A stretch of DNA of 61,509 nt, the filler included, from Candidatus Aminicenantales bacterium (GTDB lineage Bacteria; Acidobacteriota; Aminicenantia; Aminicenantales; Saccharicenantaceae): assembly GCA_049512315.1 (NCBI GenBank). It is 3 parts of 3 records of this genome, joined end to end, with 100 filler letters (N's around TTAATTAATTAA, not from the genome) between each part and the next. Parts side by side here need not be neighbours in the genome. Positions count along the whole stretch, not along the records: positions 25,542 to 44,153 come from JBEKXF010000044.1; positions 44,254 to 61,509 come from JBEKXF010000045.1; 1 more part is not named here. One strand, 5' to 3'. Positions 35,227 to 47,600 of the stretch are shown here, piece by piece. The notes below the pieces were generated by a model, which saw only the letters and a list, made by a program, of their open reading frames with translations, had not been told where the DNA came from and searched no databases. Position 1 is the stretch's first letter. Each line of letters starts with the position of its first letter. The position numbers and the translations under genes were made by a program.

Positions 35227-37467
35227 ATGTTGTATAAAAGCTCCGCGCCCGCCCCGGGCCCCATTAGAGCCGTTGTCGGGGCCGCCATCCTGGCCATCAC
35301 CCTGACCGCCTTCCTTTCCCCCGGCCCGGTTTTCGGCCGCGCCGCCGCCCGCCCCGGCCTCGAGCAGGTCGTCCTCGTCCGGGCCGATGCGCCCCCCGTG
35401 ATCGACGGCAAGCTCGACGACCCGATCTGGTCCAAGGCCATCAAGTTCGACAGCTGGAAAACCTTCAAGCCCGACATCGACAAGGACCCCAGCCAGAAGA
35501 CCGTGGCCTACCTGGCCTACGATGCCGACAACCTCTATTTCGCTTTTCGCTGCTTCGACACGGAGCCGGGTAAGATCAAGGCCGCGGTCAGCAAGCGCGA
35601 CGGGATTGACGCGGACGACATCGTCGGATTCATCCTCGACACGTTCAACGACCAGCAGTCCGGGTTCACGTTCATGCTCAACGCCCATGGTATCCAGGAA
35701 GACGGCATAATGAACGTCCAGGGGAACGTCGACACCGGCTTCGACATGGTCTGGTACAGCAAGGGCCGGATAGACGACCAGGGCTGGACCGTCGAGGCCC
35801 GCGTCCCTCTCCAGAGCCTCCGCTTCCCGAACAAGAAGACCCTGACGATGCGGGCCGTATTCTTCCGCTTCTTCACCCGGACCTCCGAACAGGCGACCTC
35901 GCCGCCCATCAACCCGAACAGCGGCAGCATCATGGGCCAGTCCCGGCCCGTCGAGCTCGCGGGACTCCACTACAAGAGGGTCATCGAGGTCCTGCCGGCG
36001 GCCACCTACCGGAACGTCAAGGACGCCCAGGACGGCCGCCTGGTCAAGACCGACGAGACGAAACTCACCGACGTCCCCAGCCTGACGGCCAAGATCGGCG
36101 TCACGTCCGACCTCGTCTTCGACGGCGCCTGGAACCCCGACTTCAGCCAGGTCGAAGCCGACGCCGGCCAGGTCGACATCAACCTCCGTTACGCCAACTA
36201 CTACCAGGAGAAGCGGCCGTTCTTCCTCGAAGGCCAGGACCTGTGGCAGTTCGCGGCCATGATGGAGGACTCGCCCCTCCAGGCCCTCGTTTACACCCGG
36301 ACGATCATCGACCCGGTCTACGGGTTCAAGCTGACGGGCAAGATCAGCCGCAAAGACACGCTGGCCGCGATCTACGCCAGGGACAACCTGCCCGGTGACA
36401 CCCTCGACGTGCACCCGGATTTCACCGTCGCCCGCTACAGGCATTCGCTGAACCAGGACAGCTACATCGGCGCGTTCTACACGGGGCGCGAGGGCGGGCA
36501 ATGGTTCAACCGGGTCGGCGGCTTCGACGGCCGCTTCCGGCTGAGCGACGTCTCCGTCCTGTCGTTCCACGCCTTCGGTTCCATGACCCGCAAGCCCGAC
36601 GCGGCGGGCCTCGACCAGGGGACGAACAAAGATTACGACGCCGCTGCCCTTTACGAATACTCGACGCGGAAGTGGCTCGTCAACCTCGGCTACCAGGAGG
36701 TCTCCAAGAACTTCCAGGTCGACACCGGCTTCCTGACCCGGACGGGAGTGCGGCGGATCGGCGCCTTCGTCATGTACCAGATCTACCCGAAATCGAATTT
36801 CGTCCAGAAGATCGAGCCTTTCTACTGGAGCTACCACATCTACGACATGTTCTACCGCACTTGGGAGACGATGAACTTCTTCGTCCTGCGGTTCTATCTG
36901 CCGCGGAGCACACAGATCCGGTTTGAGGGCATCGTCGCCAACGAGGTCTTTGCCGGGCAGAGGTTCGACGAGAGCGGCTACGGCTTCCGGGTCCAGAGCC
37001 AGGTCACGAAGCAGGTCAACATCTACGGCAACATCCGCCGCTGGGGGAAGGCCTACTACGACCCGGCCGCGCCATACCAGGGCTACGGCCTTTCGTCCTC
37101 CGCCGAGGTCCTCTACCAGCCGGCCGACAAGCTGAATTTCCTGCTGGACCTGACCTACAGCGATTTTTACCGGCGGGCGGACAGGACAAAGATCTACAGT
37201 TACACCATCCTCCGGGACCGCAACACCTTCCAGCTCAATAAGTACCTCTTCTTGCGCGGCATCGTCGAGTACAACCTCTATTACAAGCGGCTGACGCTCG
37301 ACGGGCTGGTGTCTTTCACCTATATTCCAGGGACGGTCTTCTACGTCGGCTACGGCTCGGCCCTCGAGAGGACCGAGTGGAACGGAAGCGAATATGTCCC
37401 GAGCGACCGTTTCAACGAGATGCGGCGCGGCTTCTTCTTCAAGATCAGTTACCTCTGGCGGATATGA
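35227..37467 (+). CDS. CBM9-like/DUF5916 outer membrane protein
   Basis: PVIDGKLDD..W, AYDADNLYFAF, NPDFSQVEAD, EKRPFFLEG, terminal FKISYLW. Confidence 0.85.
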   Translation: MLYKSSAPAPGPIRAVVGAAILAITLTAFLSPGPVFGRAAARPGLEQVVLVRADAPPVIDGKLDDPIWSKAIKFDSWKTFKPDIDKDPSQKTVAYLAYDADNLYFAFRCFDTEPGKIKAAVSKRDGIDADDIVGFILDTFNDQQSGFTFMLNAHGIQEDGIMNVQGNVDTGFDMVWYSKGRIDDQGWTVEARVPLQSLRFPNKKTLTMRAVFFRFFTRTSEQATSPPINPNSGSIMGQSRPVELAGLHYKRVIEVLPAATYRNVKDAQDGRLVKTDETKLTDVPSLTAKIGVTSDLVFDGAWNPDFSQVEADAGQVDINLRYANYYQEKRPFFLEGQDLWQFAAMMEDSPLQALVYTRTIIDPVYGFKLTGKISRKDTLAAIYARDNLPGDTLDVHPDFTVARYRHSLNQDSYIGAFYTGREGGQWFNRVGGFDGRFRLSDVSVLSFHAFGSMTRKPDAAGLDQGTNKDYDAAALYEYSTRKWLVNLGYQEVSKNFQVDTGFLTRTGVRRIGAFVMYQIYPKSNFVQKIEPFYWSYHIYDMFYRTWETMNFFVLRFYLPRSTQIRFEGIVANEVFAGQRFDESGYGFRVQSQVTKQVNIYGNIRRWGKAYYDPAAPYQGYGLSSSAEVLYQPADKLNFLLDLTYSDFYRRADRTKIYSYTILRDRNTFQLNKYLFLRGIVEYNLYYKRLTLDGLVSFTYIPGTVFYVGYGSALERTEWNGSEYVPSDRFNEMRRGFFFKISYLWRI

Positions 37468-37759
37468 AACATTTTGCCTTGCCGGCGCGTATATATAAGT
37501 GGAACAAGAAAACAGAATAGCCATGAGAGAACGAAACAAAAACATCCCCCAGTCGGGGCCGGTCCGCATTTCGTTAAAGCCGGGCACGTCAGCGATCTTC
37601 CTGCTGGCTGCGGCCGTGGAGAGAAAGATCCGGGCTGGCGCCGGCCGAATCTCCATGAAACACTTCCTCTGGCCTGATTTCCGGACGCTGCCTGCCCAGA
37701 TCCATACGGGCGGACAAGCCATGGCCCCGGTCTTCGCCCGCCGCCGCCGAATCTAGAGA

Positions 37760-37888
37760 TTGGGGTCGCAAATCCCATTCCTTAACTCACGTTTTTTGAC
37801 CCAAGAAACGCTGACTTAAGGCCTAAAAATGTCCTGTTTTTTAGGTTATCTTTATATATTTCAATAAGATACTGAGGCCCGACCCCAA
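37760..37888 (+). repeat. Intact ~129-bp MITE-like element
   Basis: Terminal inverted repeats TTGGGGTCG/CGACCCCAA; AT-rich interior; homolog at 34440. Confidence 0.7.
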
Positions 37889-37924
37889 ATCTGCGGACTT
37901 TTGTTATAATGCGCTTGGTGCGCC

Positions 37925-40900
37925 ATGGATAAACGGGGATCGCCGCGACGCGCGGTTCTTACTGCGGCCCAGGCTGCGGCCCGGGCGCGCTCCCGCCCGC
38001 GCGTCTCCTACCCCCGCGAGCTCCCGATCACGGCGCGGGCCGAGGAGATCGTCGCGGCCATCCGCTCCCCCCGCAACCGCGTCGTCATCATCTCGGGCGA
38101 GACCGGCTGCGGCAAGAGCACCCAGATCCCGAAAATGTGCCTCGAGGCGGGCCGCGGCATCTCGGGCCTCGTCGGCTGCACGCAGCCGCGCCGCATCGCC
38201 GCCGTCACTATCGCCGACCGCATCGCCGAAGAGCTGGGCGAGGAGCTCGGCCGCTCCGTGGGCTACAAGATCCGCTTCCAGGACCGGACCTCACCCGACG
38301 GCTACATCAAGATCATGACCGACGGCATGCTCCTCGCCGAGACACAGGGCGACCGCGGCCTCACCGCCTACGACACGATCATCATCGACGAGGCCCACGA
38401 GCGTTCCCTCAACATCGACTTCCTCCTCGGCATCATGCGCAACCTCGTCGAGGCCCGCCCCGACCTCAAGCTCATCATCACTTCGGCCACCCTTGACACC
38501 GAGAAATTCTCGCGGGCCTTCCGCAACGCGCCGATCATCGAGGTCAGCGGCCGCCTTTACCCGGTCGAGGTCGAGTACCGCGCGCCCGACAAAGACGAGG
38601 CCGAGGACAAGGACTATGTGGATCAGGCCGTCGAGGCCGTCGCCTACCTCCGGCGCGAAAAACCGGCCGGCGACATCCTCATCTTCATGCCGACCGAGCA
38701 GGACATCCTGGAGACGCGCCGCATCCTCGACGGCCGGAAGTACCCGTCGACGGCTGTCCTGCCACTTTTCTCGCGCCTCCCGGCCGGCCAGCAGCGCATG
38801 GTCTACACCGTGACCGGGCCGAAGATCGTCGTCGCCACCAATGTCGCCGAGACCTCGCTCACGATCCCCGGCATCCGCTATGTCGTGGACACGGGGGTCG
38901 CCCGTATCGCCCAGTACCAGCCCGGGACGCGGATCAACAGCTTGCCGATCAGCCCCATCTCGCGAGCGAGCGCCGACCAACGCAAGGGACGGTGCGGCCG
39001 GGTCCGCGAGGGGCTTTGCGTCCGACTCTACTCGGAGGTCGAGTACGAGTCGCGCGATGAGTTCACTTCGCCCGAGATCCTGCGCTCCGACCTGGCCGAG
39101 GTCATCCTGCGGATGATCGACCTCGGGCTGGGCGACCCGCTCGCATTCCCGTTCATCGACCGGCCGGCGGCGAATGCCGTGCGCGACGGCTACGAAACGC
39201 TCGCCGAGCTCGGCGCGATCTATAGAACTAAACCGGGGACTAAATCGGAAATGAGGATTGTGTCCCCAAATTCGGGCCCGGGTTGGGCGCTCACAGACAA
39301 GGGGCGAGCGATGGCCCGGATGCCGCTCGACCCGCGCGTCTCGCGGATGCTCCTCGAGGCGCACCGCGAGGGCTGCCTGCCTGAGGTCGCAGTCCTGGCC
39401 GCCGCCCTGAGCATCCGCGACCCTCGCGAGCGGCCGCCCGACCAGGCCCCGCAGGCCGATGCCGTCCACGCCGCTTTCCGCCACCCCGATTCGGACTTTC
39501 TCGTCCTCCTCAACATCTGGAACCGGTACCACGGCGATTTCGAGAAGCTTGGGAGCATCGCCCAGAAGCGGAAATTCTGCCACGACCATTTTCTTTCCTT
39601 CCCCCGGATGCGCGAGTGGGTCTATCTCCACGACGAAATCCGCTCGGTCCTCGCCGAGCAGCGTCTATGGCCCGGAAGAAAAACGGTGACACACAACGAA
39701 TTACCGAAATTCCCGGATCGGGGGAGAGAATCTTCGAGTTCAGGCGAGGATACGAGCCGGGGGCAGGCCGAGGGTAATTCGGTAATTAGTTGTATGTCAC
39801 CGAAATTAACCCCGCACACCGATATTTCGCCGGCGCTCTACGCTGCGATCCACCGCTCGATCCTCGCCGGATTCCTCACCAACATCGCCGCCCACAAGGA
39901 GAAGAACCAGTACGCCGCCGCCAAGAACCGCGAGGTCGTCCTCTGGCCGGGCTCCGTCCTCTCCGGCAAGTCGGCCCCCTGGATCGTCGCGACCGAAGTC
40001 GTGAAGACCTCGCGCCTGTTCGCCCGCCAGGCCGCCCGCATCGACCCCGCCTGGCTCGAGGACCTGGGCGGCCCCCTCTGCAAGCGCTCCTACTCCGACG
40101 CCGCCTGGGACCGGGCGCGCGGCGAGGTCGTCGCCAAGGAGCGCGTCTCCCTCTTCGGCCTCGAGATCCTCCGCGACCGCCGCGTCTCCTACGGCCGGAT
40201 CAACCCGTCCGAGGCGCATGATATTTTCGTGATGTCGGCGCTCGTCGAGGGCGACGTCGAAGACCCGCCGCCCTTCCTCCGCCACAACCTTGCCCTCCAG
40301 CGCAAGGTCGAAGCCATGGAGGAGAAGCTCCGGCGGCGCGACATCCTCGTTCCCGAGGCCAAAATCGCCGGCTTCTACTCCGAGCGCCTTCCCGGAATAT
40401 TCGACATCCGCTCGCTCCGCAAGCTCATCAGGGATCGCGGCGGCGATCGCGCCGGAAGCGTCGGGCGCGGCCCCGACCGAGGCGGCGATCGCGACCTGGG
40501 CCTCGGCGAGGGCGGCGAAAGCGTGGGCCTGGGCAACGACGATTTCCTCCGCCTCAAGGAGGAGGAGCTCCTCAACTACAACCCCGATGAAGCGACCGTC
40601 TCCTCCTTCCCCGACACGGTCGAGGTCGCCGGCCGCCCGTTCAAAGCGCTTTATAAATTCGCCCCGGGCGAGGACGACGACGGCGTGACCCTGAGCGTCC
40701 CGGTCTCCCTCCTCAACGCCATCCCGCCCGACCGGCTCGAATGGGGCGTTCCCGGCCACTACAAGGACAAGATCGCCGCCCTGATCAAGGGCCTCCCCAA
40801 GCGCTACCGGAAGCTCCTCGTGCCCGTCGCCGAGAAGGCCGAGACGATCGCCGCCGAGATGCCGCGCGCGCCCGAGGAGGTGCCGCTCGCGAGGGCGGTG

Positions 40901-42076
40901 GCCGAGTTCGCCCGGCGCCGGTTCGGGGCGGACATCCCGGCCCGCGAGTGGGCCCTGGCCGAGGTCCCGAAGTACCTGCGGATGCGCGTCGCCGTCATCG
41001 ACCCGGAAACCGGGCGCGTCATCGATACCGGGCGCGACGTCGACCTCCTCCGGAAGAAGATCAGCGCGGCCGACGCGGTCCCGTCGAAGGTCGAGTCGCC
41101 CGCCTGGGTCGAGGCCCAGCAGAAATGGGAGAAGTCCGACCTCGCGGCCTGGACCTTCGGCGACCTGCCCGAGAAGATCGCGGTCGGGACCTCGCTCACG
41201 GCCTACCCGGCGCTGGTGGTTGAAGCCAGCGCATCCTCGGTCGGCATCCGGCTTTTCCCGACGCGCGCCGAGGCCGAGGCCCCGCACCGCCAAGGCGTCC
41301 GCTGGCTCCTCATGCAGAAGTTCGCCAAGGAGCTGGCCTTTGTCCGGCGGTATCACAAGATCCCGGCCGAGCACGACCGCGCCGCCCTCGCCTTCGGTGG
41401 CCGTGACGCCGTAGAGCGGGCCATCGAGGCCGCCCTGGCCCGGGAGTTATTCGAATGTAACCTGCGCACCGAAGCCGAGTTCCGCGCCTACGAGTCCGAG
41501 GTCGGCCGGACATTGTTCGAGAAAGGCCACGCCCTCACCCAGACGACGGTCAAAATCCTCGGCCTGCATCATACGCTCCGGACCGAGCTCGGGAGGGGAG
41601 GGCTCGCGGCGCAGCGCGGTCCCGGGGCGGGGCCGAAAAGAACTCTCAACCTCAACGAGCTCAGCCGCCTCAAAGAGCCGGTCGTCCCCGCCTATTTCGA
41701 CGAGATCACGCGCGACCTGGACAAGCTCCTGCCGAAGGATTTTCTCGAGGCTTACCCGATCGACCGGATCATCCTCCTGCCGCGCTACCTGGAGGCGATG
41801 AAGGTCCGCCTGGAGAGGGCCCGGATCGACCCCGATAAGGACAAGGCGAAAGCGGCCCAGGTCGAGCCCTACGAATACGCCCTCGAGCGGATGGAAGTGG
41901 ATATTTCAGCTCCCGCGCTGTCCGTCCCGCCCGAAAAGCGCCAGGCCGTTGAAGAGCTCCGGCGCATGGTCGAGGAATTCAAGATCTCGCTCTTCGCCCC
42001 CGAGATCAGGACGGCTTTCCCGATCTCCGCCGTCCGCCTGGCCCGAAAGATCAAGGAGATCGAGGCCATGGTTTAA
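37925..42076 (+). CDS. hrpA: ATP-dependent RNA helicase HrpA
   Basis: [39 protein letters not shown]-terminal EEFKISLFA. Confidence 0.95.
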   Translation: MDKRGSPRRAVLTAAQAAARARSRPRVSYPRELPITARAEEIVAAIRSPRNRVVIISGETGCGKSTQIPKMCLEAGRGISGLVGCTQPRRIAAVTIADRIAEELGEELGRSVGYKIRFQDRTSPDGYIKIMTDGMLLAETQGDRGLTAYDTIIIDEAHERSLNIDFLLGIMRNLVEARPDLKLIITSATLDTEKFSRAFRNAPIIEVSGRLYPVEVEYRAPDKDEAEDKDYVDQAVEAVAYLRREKPAGDILIFMPTEQDILETRRILDGRKYPSTAVLPLFSRLPAGQQRMVYTVTGPKIVVATNVAETSLTIPGIRYVVDTGVARIAQYQPGTRINSLPISPISRASADQRKGRCGRVREGLCVRLYSEVEYESRDEFTSPEILRSDLAEVILRMIDLGLGDPLAFPFIDRPAANAVRDGYETLAELGAIYRTKPGTKSEMRIVSPNSGPGWALTDKGRAMARMPLDPRVSRMLLEAHREGCLPEVAVLAAALSIRDPRERPPDQAPQADAVHAAFRHPDSDFLVLLNIWNRYHGDFEKLGSIAQKRKFCHDHFLSFPRMREWVYLHDEIRSVLAEQRLWPGRKTVTHNELPKFPDRGRESSSSGEDTSRGQAEGNSVISCMSPKLTPHTDISPALYAAIHRSILAGFLTNIAAHKEKNQYAAAKNREVVLWPGSVLSGKSAPWIVATEVVKTSRLFARQAARIDPAWLEDLGGPLCKRSYSDAAWDRARGEVVAKERVSLFGLEILRDRRVSYGRINPSEAHDIFVMSALVEGDVEDPPPFLRHNLALQRKVEAMEEKLRRRDILVPEAKIAGFYSERLPGIFDIRSLRKLIRDRGGDRAGSVGRGPDRGGDRDLGLGEGGESVGLGNDDFLRLKEEELLNYNPDEATVSSFPDTVEVAGRPFKALYKFAPGEDDDGVTLSVPVSLLNAIPPDRLEWGVPGHYKDKIAALIKGLPKRYRKLLVPVAEKAETIAAEMPRAPEEVPLARAVAEFARRRFGADIPAREWALAEVPKYLRMRVAVIDPETGRVIDTGRDVDLLRKKISAADAVPSKVESPAWVEAQQKWEKSDLAAWTFGDLPEKIAVGTSLTAYPALVVEASASSVGIRLFPTRAEAEAPHRQGVRWLLMQKFAKELAFVRRYHKIPAEHDRAALAFGGRDAVERAIEAALARELFECNLRTEAEFRAYESEVGRTLFEKGHALTQTTVKILGLHHTLRTELGRGGLAAQRGPGAGPKRTLNLNELSRLKEPVVPAYFDEITRDLDKLLPKDFLEAYPIDRIILLPRYLEAMKVRLERARIDPDKDKAKAAQVEPYEYALERMEVDISAPALSVPPEKRQAVEELRRMVEEFKISLFAPEIRTAFPISAVRLARKIKEIEAMV
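39235..39267. repeat. REP-like palindrome inserted in frame in hrpA
   Basis: GGGGAC..AATC-N9-GATT..GTCCCC. Confidence 0.65.
39684..39802. repeat. REPIN/MITE-like inverted repeat inserted in frame in hrpA
   Basis: 25-bp arms (39684-39708 and 39778-39802) with 2 mismatches. Confidence 0.8.
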
Positions 42077-42476
42077 CCACGGACTCGACCTCAGCTGCCG
42101 GCCTGTCCTTGAACATGATCACCTTGTCCTTCCCGACGGCCTGGGCGATGCCGATTTTTAGGTGAGGCCCCAAAGCCAAGAAAGTTCACTTTTGCTTGGG
42201 TCAGCTTTTGGATGCGGCTCCAGGCGTTGGAGGAGTATCAAAACCAACTGCTTTCTTGACAGGTCAATCAAACCGATTTATACTCAATTATAGAGAATTT
42301 TGCAGCCCCTAGACTTGGGCGGCGATGGTCAGCTGAAGGAAAGCTCAACGGTTAATTATAGTGTTATTATTACGTTCAGGAGCACGAATATTGTTGCGAG
42401 TCCGTAGTGTGTAGATTCAGCGTTTATGTTTTTCCGGTTTCAGGCCGGAAATATATACAAAAGAAGGAGACGCATT

Positions 42477-43469
42477 ATGGAAAAAATTAAGGAAGCAAGA
42501 GCGGATACTCCAGGTAAAAAGATAGGAGTATGTATTTCGGGCGGCGGGGCGAAGATAGGTTTCGCCGTGGGTGTCTTAGAGGTAATGCTGGATAAGGGGA
42601 TCGAGATTGATCTAGCCTATGGAATCTCAGCCGGCAGCCTTTGTACGGCAGGCCTCTGTTACGGCGGCCCGGATTGCGGCGTGCCGTTCCTTAGCGATAC
42701 TCTTTTAGGTATCAGGAAGAGGAGTAACGTCTTTAAAAAACAGTGGTTCTGGGCGCTCTTGACCCTGTGGACGGGATGGGGGAAGGCCGACGGCTGGTTT
42801 GAGATGGACACAATGAGACGGAAGCTCAATACTCTCCCTCTTGATAAACCCACAATGAGAGGCGTTGTCGGATACGTCAAACTGAAAAGCGGAGAAATCG
42901 AATACAAATCCTGCGATCCCAACCCCCAACAATCCGTGTCCAAACAGGATTTTCTCGATGCGGTTCAGGCAAGCTGCTCGATACCCGCGGCTATGCAATC
43001 GCAGCGATACGGCACGGACAATTATGTCGATGGGGGGGTCATAGACGTGCTGCCACTCAGACGCTTTCTGCAAGATCCTCTCCAGGTGACTGAGGTTCAT
43101 GTCATTTGTTTGAGCCCCTTGCCGACGCCTCCCACAGATAAAACATTTAAAAATATCTTGCAGGTGGGGGAACGCTCGTTGGACCTGATGGTCGATACAG
43201 CTTTTAAAAACGATTTAGAGTATGCCAAACGGATCAATAACCTTCTCGATGATTATCAGCGGTTGGCGGGCAGTGGGCTGCACACGTTGCTCGCGGGCAG
43301 TGCGCTGCACAAATGGCTCGCAGACAAGCGAAAAATAGACTTTTTCATATACGAGCCGAAAGATATCATCTGTGACACTTTTGATTTCCAGACCAAAACG
43401 ATCCAGGCTGGGATTGAATACGGCCAAAAGGTTGCCCGCGAAATTCTGGCGCATTACCCTAATCACTGA
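42477..43469 (+). CDS. Patatin-like phospholipase
   Basis: ISGGGAK, GISAG, YVDGG. Confidence 0.9.
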   Translation: MEKIKEARADTPGKKIGVCISGGGAKIGFAVGVLEVMLDKGIEIDLAYGISAGSLCTAGLCYGGPDCGVPFLSDTLLGIRKRSNVFKKQWFWALLTLWTGWGKADGWFEMDTMRRKLNTLPLDKPTMRGVVGYVKLKSGEIEYKSCDPNPQQSVSKQDFLDAVQASCSIPAAMQSQRYGTDNYVDGGVIDVLPLRRFLQDPLQVTEVHVICLSPLPTPPTDKTFKNILQVGERSLDLMVDTAFKNDLEYAKRINNLLDDYQRLAGSGLHTLLAGSALHKWLADKRKIDFFIYEPKDIICDTFDFQTKTIQAGIEYGQKVAREILAHYPNH

Positions 43470-43692
43470 AAAATAGCTCAGCTATAATATGATTTTTTAG
43501 GAAATATCGTCCCTCCGGATGGACCAAGATCGGGACTCTCAGATGATCCGTGTAGACCCCTTTTCGCGGTTGAGCCCGTTTTTTGCCCATCTTGACAGGG
43601 CTTTTTCTCTGTTATAAAGTTCAATGAGGTCAGCGCTCGATCAGTGATTCGGCGTTGGGCAAGGTTTCGCTGATTAAGAGGGGATTATTCTC

Positions 43693-44153
43693 ATGAAATG
43701 CCCTCAGTGCCAATTCGAGAACGTCTCGGAGACCCGGTTCTGCGGGAACTGCGCCGCTCCCCTCCGTCCCGATCAAGCCACTGCCCCGTCAGCCCCGCCC
43801 CTATCCCCACCCCCCCCGACTCCCTCGCTATCAGCGACGCTGACCGCCCGCGTCCCCTGCGGCGAGATCGTCCCCGGGGCCGTGTTCGGCGGCCGCTACC
43901 GGATCTGCGACGAGCTCGGCCGCGGCGGCATGGGCCGCGTCTACAAAGCGATCGACCAGGAGATCAGCGAGACCGTCGCCCTGAAGTTGCTCAGCCCGGA
44001 GATCAGCCTCGACGAGAAGATGATCGAGCGTTTCCGGAACGAGCTCAAACTGGCCCGCCGCATCTCCCACAAGAACGTTTGCCGCATCTACGACCTCGGG
44101 AACTGCGAGGGGACCTATTTCATCTCCATGGAATACATCCCGGGCGACAACCT
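43693..44153 (+). CDS. Zinc-ribbon Ser/Thr kinase (3' partial)
   Basis: CPQC..CGNC, LGRGGMGRVYKA, VALKLL, ERFRNELKLAR. Confidence 0.9.
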
Positions 44154-44253
44154 NNNNNNNNNNNNNNNNNNNNNNNNNNNNNNNNNNNNNNNNNNNNTTA
44201 ATTAATTAANNNNNNNNNNNNNNNNNNNNNNNNNNNNNNNNNNNNNNNNNNNN
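44154..44253. other. Artificial contig spacer
   Basis: N44-TTAATTAATTAA-N44. Confidence 0.98.
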
Positions 44254-44374
44254 TCAACGTGATCAGTTCCTCTCGCACGGGGCCGGCCCTCCTCCTGTCC
44301 GGAGGAGTACCTTAGCCCAAAAAAGCGGAAATATTCACGTTGCCCAAAGCGGAAATTATCACGTTGCCGCAACA
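44254..44374 (+). mobile_element. Right end of an IS1202/IS481-like element
   Basis: Two tandem 23-bp repeats AAAGCGGAAAT(AT/TA)TCACGTTGCC followed by terminal ACA; at contig start. Confidence 0.6.
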
Positions 44375-44694
44375 TCGATACAAAAGCGAACTCGAAGGAG
44401 GCCACACGGCCGGATCATCGTTCCGGACGAACAAGAAATCGCCCAAGGGACGATCGACTCCCCGCGCTTCTCGATATCACCCGTCATGAAAAATAGTAAG
44501 GAAGGCAACGACCCTCATCATGAAGGCGCTTCAGGGACGGGAATCCGCTCGTCATTGACATCGCTCCTCGGCTGGAAATATCATGACTCCGGGACCTCTT
44601 CCGAACCCTGCCAATGGCCAAAACGCCATGCCGGCACAGCCCCATGATCAAGCGGGGCGGGAAGGTTTAACCCGTGGCGAAAGGAGACAGGCCA

Positions 44695-47600
44695 ATGAGG
44701 ACGAGGAATAAAACAAGGCGGATAGGCGGGGTCGCCATTGTCATGACTCTGCTGGGAACATGGGCCGCGGGAGCCCAGAACTCCGGCGATGCCCTCGAGC
44801 GCGGCTTCAAGAACCCGCCGGATAGCGCCAAACCGCGCGTTTGGTGGCACTGGATGAACGGCAACATCACCAAGGACGGGATCAAGGCCGATCTAGAATG
44901 GATGAAGCGTGCCGGTATCGGCGGCTTCCAGAACTTCGACGCCGCGCTCAATACGCCGCAGGTCGTCAAGAAACGGCTGATCTACATGACGCCGGAGTGG
45001 AAGGACGCGTTCAAATACGCCGCAACCCTGGCCGACCAATTAGGTCTGGAGATGGCCATCGCGGGATCGCCCGGATGGAGCGAAACTGGGGGCCCCTGGG
45101 TGCCGCCCGCCCAGGCGATGAAGAAGCTGGTCTGGAGCGAGACCCGTCTGGAAGGCGGGCGGCCGTTCAAAGGCGTTCTGCCCAAGCCGCCATCCACGAC
45201 CGGACCATTCCAGAACATCGGGCGCGGAAGATCCGAGGGCGGGACATCCGCGCCTTCTCCCGAATACTATGGCAACAGCGCGGTTGTCGCTTATCGCCTG
45301 CCGGACGGCGACCTCTCGATGGCCGAGCTGCAACCGAAAGTGTCGTCGAGCGGCGGTCAATTCAACTTGGCCGGGCTGACCGACGGCGACCTAGAGAAAA
45401 CCATCACTCTGCCGGCCGCCCCCGTCGACGAGAAGGCCTGGATCCAGTTCGAGTTCGAAAAGCCTCAGGCCATTCGGGGTCTCAGCATCGTGGCGAGCAC
45501 TAGGAGGAGAAGCGACGGGAGCAGAGGCGAAAGCGTCCAGGCATTGGAAGCCAGCGACGACGGCCGGCAATATCGAACGATCGAAACGATTCCCGAGGGC
45601 GGATCGGCCCAACGAACCATGACGTTTCCCGCCGTCACGGCCAAATTTTTCCGCTTGACGTTCAAGACGCCGCAGCCACCGGCGGCCGGCCGGGTTGGAT
45701 CGGGCGGCGGCGCGCCCGCGGCCCCGGCTGGGACGCAGATCGCCGAGATCGTTCTGCACACCGGCGCGCGAGTGAACCGGTTCGAGGAGAAGGCGGGTTT
45801 TTCGGCGGCGACCAACCTTGACAGCCTCGCGACGCCTCCCCTTCCGATCCAGGACGCCGTGCGCAAAGCCGACGTCGTCGACTTGACCTCGAAAATGCGC
45901 CTGGACGGCAGGCTGGACTGGACGCCGCCGGCCGGCCGCTGGATCGTTCTGCGTCTGGGCTACTCGCTAACCGGCGCCCGCAACGCCCCGGCTTCGCCCG
46001 AAGCGACCGGCCTCGAGGTGGATAAGCTCAATCGCGGCCATGTCGAGACCTATCTCAACAATTATCTAGGCCGGTACAAGGATACGCTGGGCGCCCTGAT
46101 GGGCCGGCGCGGCCTGCAATATGTGATCACGGACAGCTGGGAAGCCGGTGTCCAGAACTGGACCGAGGATATGATCGCGGAATTCACGAAGCGCCGCGGC
46201 TATGACCCACATCCCTGGCTCCCGGTCCTTACCGGTCGCGTGGTCGAGAGCGCGGAATCGAGCGACCGCTTTCTCTGGGACTTTCGCAAGACCATCGGCG
46301 ACCTGACGACGGAATATCACTATGATCAGATCTCCGCCTCCCTGCACAAGCTTGGGATGGGCCGCTATACCGAATCTCACGAATCCGGGCGGGCTTTCAT
46401 TGGAGACGGCATGGAGGTGAAGAGGAACGCCGAGATCCCCATGAGCGCGCTATGGACGCCGGAAACCCCCAGCGCAGAGCCGCCCGGGTACGGCGTCGAC
46501 ATCCGCGAGTCGGCCTCCGTGGCCCACATCTACGGCCAGAATCTCGTGGCCGCGGAATCCCTGACGGCCTACGGCGGCGAACGGGGCGCGTGGAGTTGGT
46601 CGCCCGAGACGCTGAAACCGACCGCGGACACGGAGCTGGCGATGGGACTCAACCGTTTCGTGATCCACACATCGGTTCATCAGCCGGTATCGGACAAAGT
46701 CCCGGGCCTCTCGCTCGGGCCGTTCGGTCAGTGGTTCACGCGGCACGAGACCTGGGCCGAGCTGGCCAAGCCCTGGACCACCTATCTGGCCCGCAGCTCC
46801 TACATGCTCCAACAGGGAAAGTTCGTCGCCGACGTGCTCTACTTTTACGGCGAAGACTCCAACATCACGGCCCTCTTTGGAGCGAAGCCTCCGGACATCC
46901 CCGCCGGCTACGATTTCGATTTCGTCAACGCCGATGCGATCTTGCACCGCCTGTCCGCGGAAGGCGGACGGATCACGACGCCGAGCGGCATGACCTACGC
47001 CGTGCTGGCCCTCGATGCCAACAGCCGGCACATGACCCTGCCCGTCCTGCGCAAGATCCGCGAGCTTGTGAGCGCGGGCGCCGTTGTCGTAGGTCCCAAA
47101 CCCACCGACACTCCGAGCCTGAGCGACAATCAGGCGGAGTTCCGTTCCATCGCCGATCAGCTCTGGGGTTCGGGTGAGGGCGAACGCGCTTACGGCCAGG
47201 GCAAGGTCTATGCCGGGCAGACGATCGGACAGGCGTTGGCCGCCCTGGAGGTGGAACCTGACTTCGAATACACCAAGCCGCGCGAGGACACGCATCTCCT
47301 GTTCGTCCACCGCAAGCTGGCCGACGGCGACGTCTTCTGGGTCGACAACCGCAAAAAACGCGTGGAGACGCCGGAAGCGAGCTTCCGGGTCCAGGGGAAG
47401 GATGTGGAGTTTTGGCACGCTGACACCGGAGAGGTGGAGCCAGCCCCTTACCTGATCGCGAACGGACGCACGACCGTGCCGCTGCGCCTCGATCCTTATG
47501 ACGCGGTGTTCGTTGTGTTCCTTAAGCCGGCCACGATCCAGGCGAGGGCGCTGCCGCGGGAGATCGAAACGCCGCTCGGCACGGTGGAGGGTCCCTGGGC

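Noticed and set aside
35215..37722. Long antisense/alternate-frame ORFs (also 26760-28172, 32782-34458, 39806-41374, 58803-60257)
   Set aside because: Shadow ORFs of high-GC genes with clear motifs on the other strand.
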